A stretch of 64,000 bases of DNA from an uncultured virus (IMG/VR IMGVR_UViG_3300033121_001607) (lineage: Duplodnaviria > Heunggongvirae > Uroviricota > Caudoviricetes), in IMG/VR virus record IMGVR_UViG_3300033121_001607. One strand, given 5' to 3'. Both the position numbers and the translations under genes were made by a program. The notes below the pieces were generated by a model. That model was given only the letters and a program-made list of their open reading frames with translations, ran no database searches and was not told where the DNA came from. Positions 20,335 to 31,272 of the stretch are shown here, piece by piece. Position 1 is the first letter of the stretch. Every line of letters starts with the position of its first letter.

Positions 20335-20772
20335 TTATTGTTTCCAATCAATGTTTTCTTCGAGAATATTGGCAATACGAGGCTCGCTCATATAATCGAC
20401 GCCAAGCGTTCTGAGGATGATGCTATGGTCTCTCTTGTCAAACGGAATAGTATCGCCATCAACGGTTGGAGAAATCGAGAACAGAACGTCCGCAATAACA
20501 GCCGCCTTGCGGGCCTCGTCAAAAACATCCCAGTCGCTAGAATAGAGAACGACGAAATAAACCTTGGGACAGAATAAAGTGATTGGAGCCTTTACTGGCT
20601 TAAGATCCCAAACCTGATTCTTCTTTTCTGGTCGAGGCTTATTTACAATCTGCACAGCGGCAATCTGTTCAGGATCAATATCAGGAAAAACGCCTGGATA
20701 GCGGTCTAGAACCTTTTGCATAATCTCGACAAACTCTGGCAATTCCTTGTATTCTGGTTTAATCTTCGCCAT
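20335..20772 (-). CDS. Putative phage metallopeptidase-like protein lacking HExxH
   Basis: YFVVLYSSDW..FDEARKAAVIADVLFSI...KRD resembles the family; the catalytic HE is absent. Confidence 0.4.
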   Translation of the reverse strand: MAKIKPEYKELPEFVEIMQKVLDRYPGVFPDIDPEQIAAVQIVNKPRPEKKNQVWDLKPVKAPITLFCPKVYFVVLYSSDWDVFDEARKAAVIADVLFSISPTVDGDTIPFDKRDHSIILRTLGVDYMSEPRIANILEENIDWKQ

Positions 20773-20773
20773 C

Positions 20774-20986
20774 TTATATCCCTTTATCAAAATGAGATCT
20801 TGGGGTCACGTTCCCCCATTCAAATTCTACTTCTTTGTCGTCAACATTTACAGCATAGAATATGTCGGCATCAAAGTCTGCTATTTCAATCATTACACCA
20901 TTATCCGTCTTCTTTAGGCGCAATAATAGCGTACCGTCCTCGCTCAAGTATTCACCCGCTTTCAATCCTTGAATTTCATCTTTCAT
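20774..20986 (-). CDS. Hypothetical protein
   Basis: GGAG RBS; tiles the gap. Confidence 0.55.
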   Translation of the reverse strand: MKDEIQGLKAGEYLSEDGTLLLRLKKTDNGVMIEIADFDADIFYAVNVDDKEVEFEWGNVTPRSHFDKGI

Positions 20987-21713
20987 TGCTTTTTCTCCAC
21001 TCAGCAGTTGGTTTCATAAAACCAATTTCTTTCTCAATTAATTCTTGCTTGAATGGAGGCTCCCATCCAACTACACCAAGTTTTGCATCAAACTTTGTTT
21101 CTAAAGCATATGTCATAATAGCAATAAGCTGAACAGAGCCTAATTCGTTAGTAATCTCAAAACCCCATTTATATACAGATATTTTATTAACATTCGGTAT
21201 AACAAATGAATTTTTTGCTTTATGAGTAATAGCTGTATTTGTTCGTAGATTTTGCTCTTCGATTAGATCCCACCCTTCAAAAGTTTTAGGATTGCCATCC
21301 CAATCCGAATTAATTAAAATGGAATCTGAAGAATGTTTTGGCATAGACATCCTAAAAAAAGGAAGACTCTTTAGATGTTGAAAACACATCTTCTCGCTGT
21401 CTTTGCCAATATAAAAGAAGCAATTAAGGTTAAAAGCTTTAGCATGAATACTCCCAAACTCATTATATATGAATGTCATTATTGATCTAATACTTGCTAT
21501 ATCAGAATGATCAACTTTAGCATTCATACTTATGTCATCTTCTGAATTAAAAAGCATAGGTCTATCGTCGGTGTAAGTTACTGTAGCATTACCATTAGTA
21601 GAGATTCCAGTAAAAGTTGGGAGACCATCAATAGGTATGCTAACAGAAAACACAGTCCCATCAATACTTTGAGCAGGAATCGAGGTCATATTCCATTCGA
21701 GATTATCGCTCAT
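20976..21713 (-). CDS. Hypothetical protein
   Basis: ATGA overlap with the topA stop. Confidence 0.6.
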   Translation of the reverse strand: MSDNLEWNMTSIPAQSIDGTVFSVSIPIDGLPTFTGISTNGNATVTYTDDRPMLFNSEDDISMNAKVDHSDIASIRSIMTFIYNEFGSIHAKAFNLNCFFYIGKDSEKMCFQHLKSLPFFRMSMPKHSSDSILINSDWDGNPKTFEGWDLIEEQNLRTNTAITHKAKNSFVIPNVNKISVYKWGFEITNELGSVQLIAIMTYALETKFDAKLGVVGWEPPFKQELIEKEIGFMKPTAEWRKSNER

Positions 21714-23698
21714 TTCTTCTTCCTCTTAAAGAATTTTCGTTTGAACCCTTCGCCAGGAGCTTTAGGCTTTATTTCCTCTCCGTCAGAGTTTCTCATGCCT
21801 TTACACTTGGGATATTTCTCGCATCCATAAAAGTCTCCATATTTACTCTTTCTAAGAATCATCTTAGAAGAACAAGCAGGACAGCTATCTTTGCAATAAA
21901 CCTTTTCAACAACAACTTTTTCTTTTGGTTTGCCATCCTCGCCAACATTTGCTGTAAACTTACATTCCTTTACAGGACAAGCGAAGAAATCACCAAATCG
22001 ACCATGTTTAAGCAATAGCTTGGTATTGCACTTAGGACAATCAAAACCAGTTACAGCAAGGTTGTTCTTGGTTTGAGTGGCAAAATCAATATCTTTCTTT
22101 AGCCTATCCCAAAAATCAGTTAGAACATCAAGTTTCTTAAGCTCTTTATCGCCAATCTTGTCAAGCTTACCCTCCATATCAGAAGTAAAGTTCAAATCCA
22201 TAAAACAGAAATTTGACTTAACAAGAAAATCACAAACCCTCATGCCAAGATCAGTAACTTTGTACGAGTTACCGGCAAGTTCAATGTATTGTCTAGCTTT
22301 AAGCGTTTTTGTTATGCTTGCATAAGTGCTAGGCCTTCCTATTCCTGTCTCTTCATACATTTTTGTAATAGAAGATTTGGTATAACGAGAAGGCGGCTGA
22401 GTAAACTTCTGTTCAGAAGTAACGTCAATAACATCGCAATTGTCGCCAACACTTAAAAGCGGCAAAGGCTTATCTTCACCGGCAGACCAATGCCATACCT
22501 TCTTCCATCCGTCAAACAAAGAGACGCTACCTGTAGCTCCTAACTCGTACTTATCAACTTTGAAACGAGCAGAAACAGATAGGTTCTTAGCTTTCTCCAT
22601 TTGACTTGAAACGGTTCTGCGCCAAATTAGATCATACAATTTTCTCGAATCAGCGTCAGAAGAAACCTGAGTTACATTTACGTCAACAGGGCGTATAGCT
22701 TCGTGAGCGGCTTGCGCAGCAGCTTTATTGGAGTATACATTCGCCGTCTTTGGCAAATAAGTTTTGTCAAAGTTAGCTTGAAGATAAGTTCTGGTATCAG
22801 AGATAAACTGCGGAACAATTGTTACAGAGTCAGTTCTCATGTACGTTATATGACCATTTTCGTACAAAGACTGAGCAATCCTCATTGTTTTATCTTGGTC
22901 CCACCCGAGAACGGAAGCCGCCGTCTGTTGAAGCGTCGAAGTTGTAAAAGGCGCTCGTGGCGAAACAAAAACTTCTTTGCTTTCGTACTTAGAAACCTTT
23001 GCAATCTTTCCCCTAATCGCAGAAACAATAACATCAGCTTGTTCTTTATTCTTAACATCCATTTTATCAGGATCAACAAGAGATGCTATAATCTTTTCTT
23101 TCTTAGGAGTTAAGAGTTCAGCGTCGATTTCCCAAAATTCTTGGGGAATAAACGTTTGTATTTCTTTTTCTCTCTCGGCAAGAACTCTAAGAGCAGCGCT
23201 CTGAACTCTTCCTGCGGACTTGCCGCCAGTAGCAGATGTTGTAATAAAGCTGCACTTATAGCCTACCAATCTATCAAGGATTCGCCTTGTTTCATAGCTG
23301 TCTACAAGGTCATAATCTATGTTATGAGCATTGTTGATTGCGTCTTGAACCGCTTGCTTTGTAATGCTATTTGTCTTTGCTCGCTTAAACGGAATGCCTT
23401 TAGGAAGCTGACGACTTAGATGCCACGCGATAGCTTCGCCCTCCCTATCAGGGTCGCTCATGAGATAAACTTCATCAACATCTTCTGCGGCCTTAACGAT
23501 AGCCTTAACAACGTCTTCTTTACCGGGCATAACGTCATATTTTGGCTCAAAGTTTTTCTTGATGTTTACGTTAAGTCCCTTTGAAGGGAGGTCAATAACA
23601 TGACCAACCGAAGCCATTACCTTGTAATCTTTACCAAGGTATACGCCTATTTTCTTGGCCTTTTCAGGCGATTCAACTATAACGAGGTACTTTGCCAT
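21710..23698 (-). CDS. topA: DNA topoisomerase I (type IA) with C-terminal zinc ribbons
   Basis: LVIVESP, DPDREGEAI, SAGRVQS, catalytic ITYMRTDS, AHEAIRP, GIGRPSTY, CxxC ribbons. Confidence 0.97.
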   Translation of the reverse strand: MAKYLVIVESPEKAKKIGVYLGKDYKVMASVGHVIDLPSKGLNVNIKKNFEPKYDVMPGKEDVVKAIVKAAEDVDEVYLMSDPDREGEAIAWHLSRQLPKGIPFKRAKTNSITKQAVQDAINNAHNIDYDLVDSYETRRILDRLVGYKCSFITTSATGGKSAGRVQSAALRVLAEREKEIQTFIPQEFWEIDAELLTPKKEKIIASLVDPDKMDVKNKEQADVIVSAIRGKIAKVSKYESKEVFVSPRAPFTTSTLQQTAASVLGWDQDKTMRIAQSLYENGHITYMRTDSVTIVPQFISDTRTYLQANFDKTYLPKTANVYSNKAAAQAAHEAIRPVDVNVTQVSSDADSRKLYDLIWRRTVSSQMEKAKNLSVSARFKVDKYELGATGSVSLFDGWKKVWHWSAGEDKPLPLLSVGDNCDVIDVTSEQKFTQPPSRYTKSSITKMYEETGIGRPSTYASITKTLKARQYIELAGNSYKVTDLGMRVCDFLVKSNFCFMDLNFTSDMEGKLDKIGDKELKKLDVLTDFWDRLKKDIDFATQTKNNLAVTGFDCPKCNTKLLLKHGRFGDFFACPVKECKFTANVGEDGKPKEKVVVEKVYCKDSCPACSSKMILRKSKYGDFYGCEKYPKCKGMRNSDGEEIKPKAPGEGFKRKFFKRKKK

Positions 23699-23704
23699 AA
23701 CATC

Positions 23705-23712
23705 ATTTCGAC
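23705..23712 (-). promoter_or_regulatory. GTCGAAAT box 6 nt upstream of the SD-less topA ATG
   Basis: GTCGAAAT-GATGTT-ATG; same spacing as at dnaE-N. Confidence 0.6.
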
Positions 23713-23748
23713 AAAAAAGGCGTAAGGAAACAAATCCTCACGCCTTTT
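23713..23748. terminator. Intrinsic terminator, potentially bidirectional
   Basis: AAAAAA-GGCGTAAGGA-aacaaa-TCCTCACGCC-TTTT. Confidence 0.7.
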
Positions 23749-23777
23749 GAACTAATCAGGCATAATCATTCAAATAC

Positions 23778-23996
23778 TCAGTTATTAACTGTTGGAAGAT
23801 CGTACAAATTACGATTTGTTGTACTTTGCAAGTATGTACCTTGCGAACTTCGGACTACTCTAACGCCACCAATCGCTGATCGTCGAGCCATGCGAACGGC
23901 CTCGGCTCTAGAAACTCTCTTGTTTCCTGTCAAAACAAAACCAACTGTATGCCTCTTGGAATTGATAACTCTCTTACGAATCGTTGATACATTCAT
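23778..23996 (-). CDS. DUF3892-like small protein
   Basis: RVSRAEAVRM...GVRVV...YLQS...NLYDLP pattern. Confidence 0.65.
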   Translation of the reverse strand: MNVSTIRKRVINSKRHTVGFVLTGNKRVSRAEAVRMARRSAIGGVRVVRSSQGTYLQSTTNRNLYDLPTVNN

Positions 23997-24030
23997 TCTT
24001 TGTTTTCCTTTCTAATTGCCTAAATTAGTT

Positions 24031-24624
24031 CTAAAAATCAATATCATTCTGATTTTCTTCATCTAGAGGAAAATCAAAATCATTTTCGTCGCCTTTTTGT
24101 TTTTTCTTCTTCAAATCACGAAGAAGATTTTTCATTTCTGTAACACCTTTATTATCTGAAATATCAACCATAGTTTTAAGACGAAGCTTATACTCTAAAT
24201 CTAGTTCGCTTTTCTTAAGTAAGCTAAATAGTTTTTTATTTTGTAATAGTTTTTGAAAAGTAGGATTAGAGATTAACTCTATTAGATCCTGCTGTTCTTT
24301 TGCATTGAAAGAGTTATTTATTTCAGATTCAAGATCAAGCGTAAGACCGTTTAGAACCTCTATCAGAATGTTTCCATAGTTTTTATCATAACTATCGATG
24401 AGCTTGATGTTGATGGCTATAAGACATTCTTTAGTATACTCAAGCTCTTCTTCGTCTATATTGGGATTGCGATTTTTCGCATTCTCGACAACGGCGTCAA
24501 TCCTGGCTCTTATATTGGCTTCAACTTTAGTTCTTTCACTTGTAAATAAGCTATAGCCATCAATATAGGATCTAAAAGGTCTTATAAAGGCAATTGCAAG
24601 TTTTGAGGCCCAAGAAATAGACAT
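24031..24624 (-). CDS. Hypothetical protein
   Basis: ORF only. Confidence 0.55.
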   Translation of the reverse strand: MSISWASKLAIAFIRPFRSYIDGYSLFTSERTKVEANIRARIDAVVENAKNRNPNIDEEELEYTKECLIAINIKLIDSYDKNYGNILIEVLNGLTLDLESEINNSFNAKEQQDLIELISNPTFQKLLQNKKLFSLLKKSELDLEYKLRLKTMVDISDNKGVTEMKNLLRDLKKKKQKGDENDFDFPLDEENQNDIDF

Positions 24625-24625
24625 T

Positions 24626-25021
24626 TCATCTAGCCCCCTTTCTTGCTAATATCTCTTGCCTAGAAGGGGCAATTCCAACAAAACCAGAAGCCAGACCGGC
24701 GATATGACACCACGCCTTAACGGAACGGTCCATCTCCTTATCCGTCATATCGTCATTCATAACTAGCTCAGGATCTCTAAGAATGGGAGAATTTGTTGAC
24801 AAAACCCCATTAATTTGGAGACGTTTATAAGCGACTTCAATATGCTGCGGAAGGCAACCAATTGCGTCAGCAATATCCGTCAATTTATTTGACGAATGAA
24901 TAAGTTGAGCAAGACAAATGGCAACACCAAAACCTCCGTCTCTTTCGTCAAGACTAACTTCGTTTGTATTCCAATTATCACCGCAAATAGTTCGAACAAC
25001 TTTTTCGTAATGCGCTTTCAT
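24626..25021 (-). CDS. Hypothetical protein, possible winged-HTH
   Basis: LTDIADAIGC...VAYKRLQINGVL. Confidence 0.5.
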   Translation of the reverse strand: MKAHYEKVVRTICGDNWNTNEVSLDERDGGFGVAICLAQLIHSSNKLTDIADAIGCLPQHIEVAYKRLQINGVLSTNSPILRDPELVMNDDMTDKEMDRSVKAWCHIAGLASGFVGIAPSRQEILARKGAR

Positions 25022-25070
25022 TTACTTCTTCCAAAAAGGACAAATTTAAGAAGCCGCCACACTAGCAACT

Positions 25071-26159
25071 TCAATGAACTCTTGTTATCGCATGAGGAGT
25101 GCTTTCGACCCAACCATGATGAGAAATTTCTAGAAACACGGCCTTGTTTTGTAAATCATACAAATCAGAAGCACCAGAATAAGTCAAACCAGATCTAATG
25201 CCTCCTTCAAGTTCTGAAATTACTTCTTTGACAGAACCCTTTGCTTTAATCTCGATAGACTCTCCTTCCGCAGCAACGCCCATCTTGCCTATATCTTTCA
25301 AGAAATGCCTTGAAGATTGCCCTCGGTACATCTTGAAAGACCCGTCCTTGGTTGTAAATATCTCGCCAGGCGTTTCATCGCAACCAGCTAGCATACTTCC
25401 AAGCATTACGGCGTCAGCACCGGCAGCAATAGCTTTAACAATATCTCCGCCATTCCTTATGCCTCCATCAGCTATAATTCCAACATTAGCAAGACCTTCT
25501 CCCTCTAACGCTTGTCTAGCGCTTATAATAGCTGAAAGCTGCGGAACTCCATGTCCAGTAACTATTCTTGTGGTACAAACAGAACCGGAACCAACTCCAA
25601 CCTTAACGCAATGAGCGCCAGCAGACGCTAAATCAAGAACGCCTTCTGGTGTGGCAACATTACCAGCCATAATTGTTATATTAGGAATTTCCCTAAGAGC
25701 CTGAACTGTTTCAATCGCTTGCTCCATATGACCATGAGCAACATCTAAACAAATAATAGCTTTTGTTGGAAACTTTGGGTTCAATTGTTCAATTATTTCT
25801 TTTGCAAAAAGAATCCACTTAGAACCGCATCCAACACTAAAGGCTAGAAGATTAGCAGCGTTATGAACTTTCATAATTTCTTGCTTATAATCTTCTAGAG
25901 ACGGATAAAAACGATGAAGAATACCTAAACCACCGAGATTGGACATTTCTATCGCCATCTTAGAACCAGTTACGGTATCCATATTGGCGCTGATAAATGG
26001 GATATCTAAAGACACTCCTTCAGCAAGACAAGAGACAAGGCTAATGTGGCTATCCATTCTTGATTTGAACGGAGACCTTTGTGGTTTTAGAAGAACGTCA
26101 TTGAATGTTAACCATGACGAAGGCCAATACTGCTCGCCAGCGGCATTCTCAAACTTCAT
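25071..26159 (-). CDS. guaB: IMP dehydrogenase/GMP reductase family, CBS-less
   Basis: [57 protein letters not shown] departs from the IMPDH YRGMGS, so the GuaB/GuaC assignment is uncertain. Confidence 0.8.
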   Translation of the reverse strand: MKFENAAGEQYWPSSWLTFNDVLLKPQRSPFKSRMDSHISLVSCLAEGVSLDIPFISANMDTVTGSKMAIEMSNLGGLGILHRFYPSLEDYKQEIMKVHNAANLLAFSVGCGSKWILFAKEIIEQLNPKFPTKAIICLDVAHGHMEQAIETVQALREIPNITIMAGNVATPEGVLDLASAGAHCVKVGVGSGSVCTTRIVTGHGVPQLSAIISARQALEGEGLANVGIIADGGIRNGGDIVKAIAAGADAVMLGSMLAGCDETPGEIFTTKDGSFKMYRGQSSRHFLKDIGKMGVAAEGESIEIKAKGSVKEVISELEGGIRSGLTYSGASDLYDLQNKAVFLEISHHGWVESTPHAITRVH

Positions 26160-26170
26160 TTGCTCATTCC

Positions 26171-26590
26171 TTATTCGGGAGTTACAAGCTTCAATCTATT
26201 GATTGCCTCGGATTGAGCGGCATTAGGAACAATAATGTCAGGCTTGCTTCTAGCTTTGTCTTCCTGCTTCTTGCGCAAGTCGTCAACAACTTGTTTTGCA
26301 AGTTCTGGGAATTTTTCATAAGCTTCTTTGAGGGTTTCGCTCTCTATTGGGAATCGAACCTCTTGCGGGCGAACGTCTATGAGCAATGGTCGCCCATCAG
26401 AACCAGGAGCGTGAACTCCAACAGGAATGAGAATAATTCCAAGATGGACAACTCTTGGTTCTGGCTCTTTAAGCTCAGCAGCAATCTGCTCGTCCGTAGG
26501 AGACATTCCGCTTTCTGCGTCAACAAGCGTTAGTCTTTCGATTCTTTCGCCGTCTGGTCCAAAAAAACTCTCTACATTTCTAATCAGCAT
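26171..26590 (-). CDS. Hypothetical protein
   Basis: AAGGAG RBS. Confidence 0.6.
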   Translation of the reverse strand: MLIRNVESFFGPDGERIERLTLVDAESGMSPTDEQIAAELKEPEPRVVHLGIILIPVGVHAPGSDGRPLLIDVRPQEVRFPIESETLKEAYEKFPELAKQVVDDLRKKQEDKARSKPDIIVPNAAQSEAINRLKLVTPE

Positions 26591-26602
26591 ATCTTTGGCT
26601 CC

Positions 26603-27574
26603 TTATGCAACATCAATCGTCTTGCCAAGCTGGCGAATATCTGAATCCACCATAATATGACAAAGCTCTTTCATAGACGTTTTCGGAGACCATCCAAGCT
26701 TTTCACGAGCCCTTGAAGGATCGCCAAGTAAAAAGTTCACTTCTGAGGGTCTGAAATACTTCGGGTCAATAACAACATAATCCTTCCAATCAAGATTGAC
26801 CCTACAAAATGCTTCTTGCAAAAAATCTCTAACACTATAACTCTGACCTGTTGCAACAACAAAATCTTCAGGTTTATCCTGTTGAAGCATAAGCCACATC
26901 GCTTCAACATACTCTTTTGCATAACCCCAATCTCGCTTAGCGTCAAGATTGCCAAGACGAAGCTCTTTCTGTAAACCGGCCTTGATTCTCGCGACCGCCC
27001 TCGTTATCTTTCTTGTAACAAACGTTTCTCCTCGTCTAGGACTTTCATGATTAAAAAGAATACCGCTGCACGCATACATGCCATATGATTCTCTATAGTT
27101 TCTTGTCAAATAATGAGCGCAGGCTTTTCCGCATGCATAAGGGCTTTGCGGCAAAAAGGTTGTTAGCTCATTTTGAGGAGGCAATGCTGCGCCAAACATT
27201 TCGCTAGACGAAGCGTTGTATATCTTAGAGTCAAGACCCAAAGACCTTACAGATTCAAGTATATTCAACGTACCAAGAGCAGTTGAAGCTACAGTATAAT
27301 GAGGTATTTCAAAACTAACCTTAACATGAGACATAGCCGCAAGATGGTATATTTCGTCTGGCCGAGTTTCATTAATAACTCCAGATATACTTGTTTGATC
27401 AAGCATATCCGCATGATGCAAATGCAACTTATCAAAGATATGATCTATCCTTTCTGTGTTAAAAGAGCTAGACCTACGCAAAGTTCCATGAACTTCATAA
27501 CCCTTAGAAAGCAAAAACTCAGCAAGATAAGAACCGTCTTGGCCTGTTACGCCACTTATTAGTGCTTTTTTCAT
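26603..27574 (-). CDS. gmd: GDP-mannose 4,6-dehydratase
   Basis: [55 protein letters not shown]. Confidence 0.97.
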   Translation of the reverse strand: MKKALISGVTGQDGSYLAEFLLSKGYEVHGTLRRSSSFNTERIDHIFDKLHLHHADMLDQTSISGVINETRPDEIYHLAAMSHVKVSFEIPHYTVASTALGTLNILESVRSLGLDSKIYNASSSEMFGAALPPQNELTTFLPQSPYACGKACAHYLTRNYRESYGMYACSGILFNHESPRRGETFVTRKITRAVARIKAGLQKELRLGNLDAKRDWGYAKEYVEAMWLMLQQDKPEDFVVATGQSYSVRDFLQEAFCRVNLDWKDYVVIDPKYFRPSEVNFLLGDPSRAREKLGWSPKTSMKELCHIMVDSDIRQLGKTIDVA

Positions 27575-28488
27575 ACACCCTCTTTCGCTAAAGTTTGCTG
27601 AAGATACCAGTCATACGTTCTTCTAAGTCCTTCGTCTAAATCAACAAATGGTTCTAGAGCAAAAACGCTTGATATCTTTGAGATATCAACGTCTTTTCTA
27701 TGAATACCATCAAGTTTGCCATTATAATGAATGCTACCCCAATAGTTCGTAACTTTTGCGACCGCTTGAGCAATCTCTGCTATTGAATAATTTCTTGGAT
27801 TCGCAAAATTAAACTCGCCACTAATATCTGAATTCAGAATACGCAAAAGCATTTTAGCAAGATCATCAACATAAGTTAACTGTCGCAAAGGCAAGCCCGT
27901 TCCATAAAGCTCAACAATATCTTTACCCTCTTTTACGGCATTATGAAATTTAAGCATAAGCGCAGGAATGACATGGCTTTTCTGCAAATCAAACGTGTCA
28001 TGAGGGCCATAAAGATTGCTAGGATAAACAACAGACCAGTTTAAGCCATATTGCCGCCTAGCCGCTTCTATTTGAACCTGCATCATTCTCTTCGCAAAAG
28101 CATATCCATAGTTTGTCTTTTCTGGATAGCCCTTGTGAAGAACCTCTTCCTTAATTGGATAAGATTCTACAACAGCAGGGTAAACGCAAGTGCTAGAAAG
28201 AGCAATTACTTTTGGAATTCTCAGTTCTACACAGGCGTTGATAACATTTGTATTAATTCTGAGATTTTGAACAAAGTAATCGTATATAAAATCAGAATTG
28301 TCTTTAATACCACCAACTCTTGCGGCAAGATGAATTACGGCGTCGGGTTTGTGAGCGAAAAACAATCCGCTAACCCCTCTTGTGTCTCTCAAATCACAAT
28401 CCATAGAACTTAGATAAGTTGCATCAGGAAGAATTTTCTTCAGGGCATTCCCGACCATTCCAGTTCCACCTGTCACCAAAACTTTCAT
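27571..28488 (-). CDS. fcl: GDP-L-fucose synthase
   Basis: [45 protein letters not shown]; adjacent to gmd. Confidence 0.92.
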   Translation of the reverse strand: MKVLVTGGTGMVGNALKKILPDATYLSSMDCDLRDTRGVSGLFFAHKPDAVIHLAARVGGIKDNSDFIYDYFVQNLRINTNVINACVELRIPKVIALSSTCVYPAVVESYPIKEEVLHKGYPEKTNYGYAFAKRMMQVQIEAARRQYGLNWSVVYPSNLYGPHDTFDLQKSHVIPALMLKFHNAVKEGKDIVELYGTGLPLRQLTYVDDLAKMLLRILNSDISGEFNFANPRNYSIAEIAQAVAKVTNYWGSIHYNGKLDGIHRKDVDISKISSVFALEPFVDLDEGLRRTYDWYLQQTLAKEGV

Positions 28489-28498
28489 TTTATTCCTT

Positions 28499-28882
28499 TC
28501 AAAAACATTGTTCGTCGTCTTTGAGTTCATTTTCTAACTCTTCATCAAAGATAAAAGCCTCGTCCAAGACTTCAATTTCCGGAGGAGGCTGTATAAAATA
28601 ATGAATGCCATCATTTTGAGAAGACTTGGTGAAAGTCATTTCTCCGTCTCGAAGGATATTCTCTATTACAGGAAAGTCTACCGGGTCTATAACCAATTCT
28701 TGTTCAACCCTATTTATCTGGCAAAAACTAATTATTGTATAAACCTTATCCATTTCCATGCCAATTTCTTTTAGCTTGATCACTTTAGGCTTGCGCTTGC
28801 CTCTCTTGATTGGCTTATCATCCTTTGCCTTTTTAGCAATCTTATTCGGCTTGACCTCCGCTCTCTCTATCTTTCTCCTCAT
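28499..28882 (-). CDS. Hypothetical protein (basic N-terminus, acidic C-terminus)
   Basis: GGAG RBS before ATG 28882. Confidence 0.55.
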   Translation of the reverse strand: MRRKIERAEVKPNKIAKKAKDDKPIKRGKRKPKVIKLKEIGMEMDKVYTIISFCQINRVEQELVIDPVDFPVIENILRDGEMTFTKSSQNDGIHYFIQPPPEIEVLDEAFIFDEELENELKDDEQCF

Positions 28883-28958
28883 ACACACTCTCCATAATAT
28901 GACTGAACATATATTTTTCGGAGTTAGCACAGGAAGCAATTGCGCATTTCACCAAATA

Positions 28959-29642
28959 TTAAGGTAATCTGGGATTGAAGTTAGATCTTTTTCTGCGCTC
29001 GTATGTTCTTCCGTCTTGCCGGTAAAACGATTCGTTTCGCATATGAAGCTGATCCTTTCCTGTATAGTCAACCCAATCATGCTTGATTATGACCTTATCG
29101 AGATATACAGCTTTATTCATAGCATAAACAGAATCATGGAACTCATTATCGCAAAAAACGCTTATATAGCTTGTATGGTAAATATAGCCAAAATGGTCAT
29201 ACATAGGCTTGCCCATGATCGAAAGAGTTATCAATCGTTGCCCAACTCGACCATCATTATAATGCAAAGCGCCATTGAAATCTGGAAAATGCTTAGTCAT
29301 GTCATTATATATGATCTTATCGTAACCCTTTTCTACGGGCGTCATATCATCGCTCGCTAGTAAGAGAATTTTCCAATCGCTATGATGATGCATGTCGGCA
29401 TTTATAGCTTGAACTTTGGTTTTAGAGTTACCATAGTAGTAAAAAATATTCTGCCTTCCGCCGTTTGCTGGACTCAACCACCATTTCATGTCCTCATTAT
29501 TCATTGTAAGGTCATCAGAATCCATAGAAACAATAAATTTGACTCTTAACTCACCAGACAACATACTATAATACTTGTCAAACTGATTACGAAATTTGTC
29601 CGGACGCCCTCTTGTTGGGAATTTGATTAAAAGATCAAACAT
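28959..29642 (-). CDS. GT-A fold (GT2-like) glycosyltransferase
   Basis: IKFPTRGRP, DSDD, AINA, LLASDDM, FGYIY, FCDNE. Confidence 0.7.
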   Translation of the reverse strand: MFDLLIKFPTRGRPDKFRNQFDKYYSMLSGELRVKFIVSMDSDDLTMNNEDMKWWLSPANGGRQNIFYYYGNSKTKVQAINADMHHHSDWKILLLASDDMTPVEKGYDKIIYNDMTKHFPDFNGALHYNDGRVGQRLITLSIMGKPMYDHFGYIYHTSYISVFCDNEFHDSVYAMNKAVYLDKVIIKHDWVDYTGKDQLHMRNESFYRQDGRTYERRKRSNFNPRLP

Positions 29643-29643
29643 T

Positions 29644-30096
29644 TTACACTCCTGCCTCAGCAAAATGAGCAACAAAATCTGAACATATTGCATAAACTGG
29701 CTTTTGCTTCCAATTTTTGATATCATCTAAAGATAACAAAGGGATAACAGACTTTTCTGTTGCTTCTTGCAAATTGTGAGACCAAACCAATTTGGTGTTA
29801 GCAATTGCAACGTGATTTTCTTTTTCATGATAGAAAAGTCTTAAGTCACTATCAATCAGGTTATCCATAGCGGCAAAATTCTTTGTGTGAATCCAAAGCC
29901 TATTTTTACGGTCCAAAAGCCATTGCTTATCAACAGGATACTGAGGGTCGTCATGGCCTAAATAAAGCTGATCTGTAAACCAAACATCAATTTCAACATC
30001 ATATCCGCTATCAATAGCTTTTTGTATGTATTCGATCTTGTTTTCTTCAGAAGGATTTAGTCCTCTGATATTACCTCTGTGAGAAATAATTATCAT
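29644..30096 (-). CDS. Short glycerophosphodiester phosphodiesterase-like protein
   Basis: ISHRGN, ENKIEY, DVEIDV, LGHD, WIHTKN, ICSD. Confidence 0.75.
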   Translation of the reverse strand: MIIISHRGNIRGLNPSEENKIEYIQKAIDSGYDVEIDVWFTDQLYLGHDDPQYPVDKQWLLDRKNRLWIHTKNFAAMDNLIDSDLRLFYHEKENHVAIANTKLVWSHNLQEATEKSVIPLLSLDDIKNWKQKPVYAICSDFVAHFAEAGV

Positions 30097-30107
30097 AAAT
30101 ACCTTTT

Positions 30108-30455
30108 CTAGATTTCTTCGATGCGCTTAGCTTTATCGTCAATTATCAGATCATATAACGGTTTCTTGTCGCCCATTTCAAGTCTATGAAATTTAGCGCC
30201 CCACTTCTGTAGCTGAAGGGCGGTAAGCTCTCTCAAATAGCTAAGTCTTTCCTTATTGTGCGGCTGAGAGCTTCCTCTAGCTGTCCAATAAACAATTATC
30301 CAACCACTATCATATAGCTTGTTAATTTTTGCGATGTTAAAATGATTTGGGACGGCATTCTCGTATACTCTTTCATCATCAAAAAAGCATATCGTTTCGT
30401 CTATGTCAATAAACGCTGTTGGAACCTCATTGTTTTTTTGATGCGATTCTAGCAT
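30108..30455 (-). CDS. Small HAD-family (capsule-locus type) phosphatase
   Basis: FIDIDETIC, WTARG, KP.YDLIIDDK; start uncertain. Confidence 0.75.
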   Translation of the reverse strand: MLESHQKNNEVPTAFIDIDETICFFDDERVYENAVPNHFNIAKINKLYDSGWIIVYWTARGSSQPHNKERLSYLRELTALQLQKWGAKFHRLEMGDKKPLYDLIIDDKAKRIEEI

Positions 30456-31272
30456 TGTAAGTTGTCCAATAATCAAAACTTCTAACAAGATCATAATAAT
30501 TCCTAATCTTTTGAGGAGATCTCATAATCATTTGCCAAGCCTCAAATGTCTGCACTTCTTCTGGCGTTCCAAAAACAGTTACAAAATCGGTTGGGTATGC
30601 ATGAACATTTAATCCATCCTTGATGAGAAGATTATAGACAAGCGTAACATAAAACTCGCCTTTGTAATTGATATCAAGATTCATTAACTTTTGAAAGTAT
30701 TCGCGAACATAGCTACCCTTTTTGAAATAGTAAGTTCCTGTTGAGCCATGTTCGTTCCAAAAATTGTCAGAATACGGTTCTTTTTCTTTGATTTCTAGAA
30801 CTTTCTGATTATCGTCCTTAATGTGAGCCATAAACGTTGGACTCAAACGATGAGGATGAAATCCAACATGACTTAGTATACATCCGTCGCTATTGTTATC
30901 TTTGACCCACTTCTTGAAATGCTCATAATCCCAAAGGTAGGGATTGTCGCAGTAAGAAATGATAACTTCTTCATCATCTTCAACTGTATTCATGACGCCA
31001 GAATCCAAAACGGTAAATACTGGCCCTTTTTTGTGAGGAGAGATGGTAAGTATTTGGCAGTTTGGAGAAAGATTCTTGAGAATTTGTCTCATTTCTGTAG
31101 TCTCTAAATGAGTTGCATTGCATATAAACACAAAATCATCTTTAGGATCAAACATCTCGTAGATGTACTCAATAATTCTTTTGCCGTTGACCCGGATAAT
31201 AGGCTTAGGATCGGTATAGCCTGCTCTTACAAAGCGGTCACCAGTACCAGCCATAGGAATGATTACTTTCAT
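30427..31272 (-). CDS. Sugar-phosphate nucleotidyltransferase
   Basis: IIPMAGTGDRF...PKPII, YCD, EIKEK, GTYYF, GEFYV, FGTPEE. Confidence 0.85.
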   Translation of the reverse strand: MKVIIPMAGTGDRFVRAGYTDPKPIIRVNGKRIIEYIYEMFDPKDDFVFICNATHLETTEMRQILKNLSPNCQILTISPHKKGPVFTVLDSGVMNTVEDDEEVIISYCDNPYLWDYEHFKKWVKDNNSDGCILSHVGFHPHRLSPTFMAHIKDDNQKVLEIKEKEPYSDNFWNEHGSTGTYYFKKGSYVREYFQKLMNLDINYKGEFYVTLVYNLLIKDGLNVHAYPTDFVTVFGTPEEVQTFEAWQMIMRSPQKIRNYYDLVRSFDYWTTYNARIASKKQ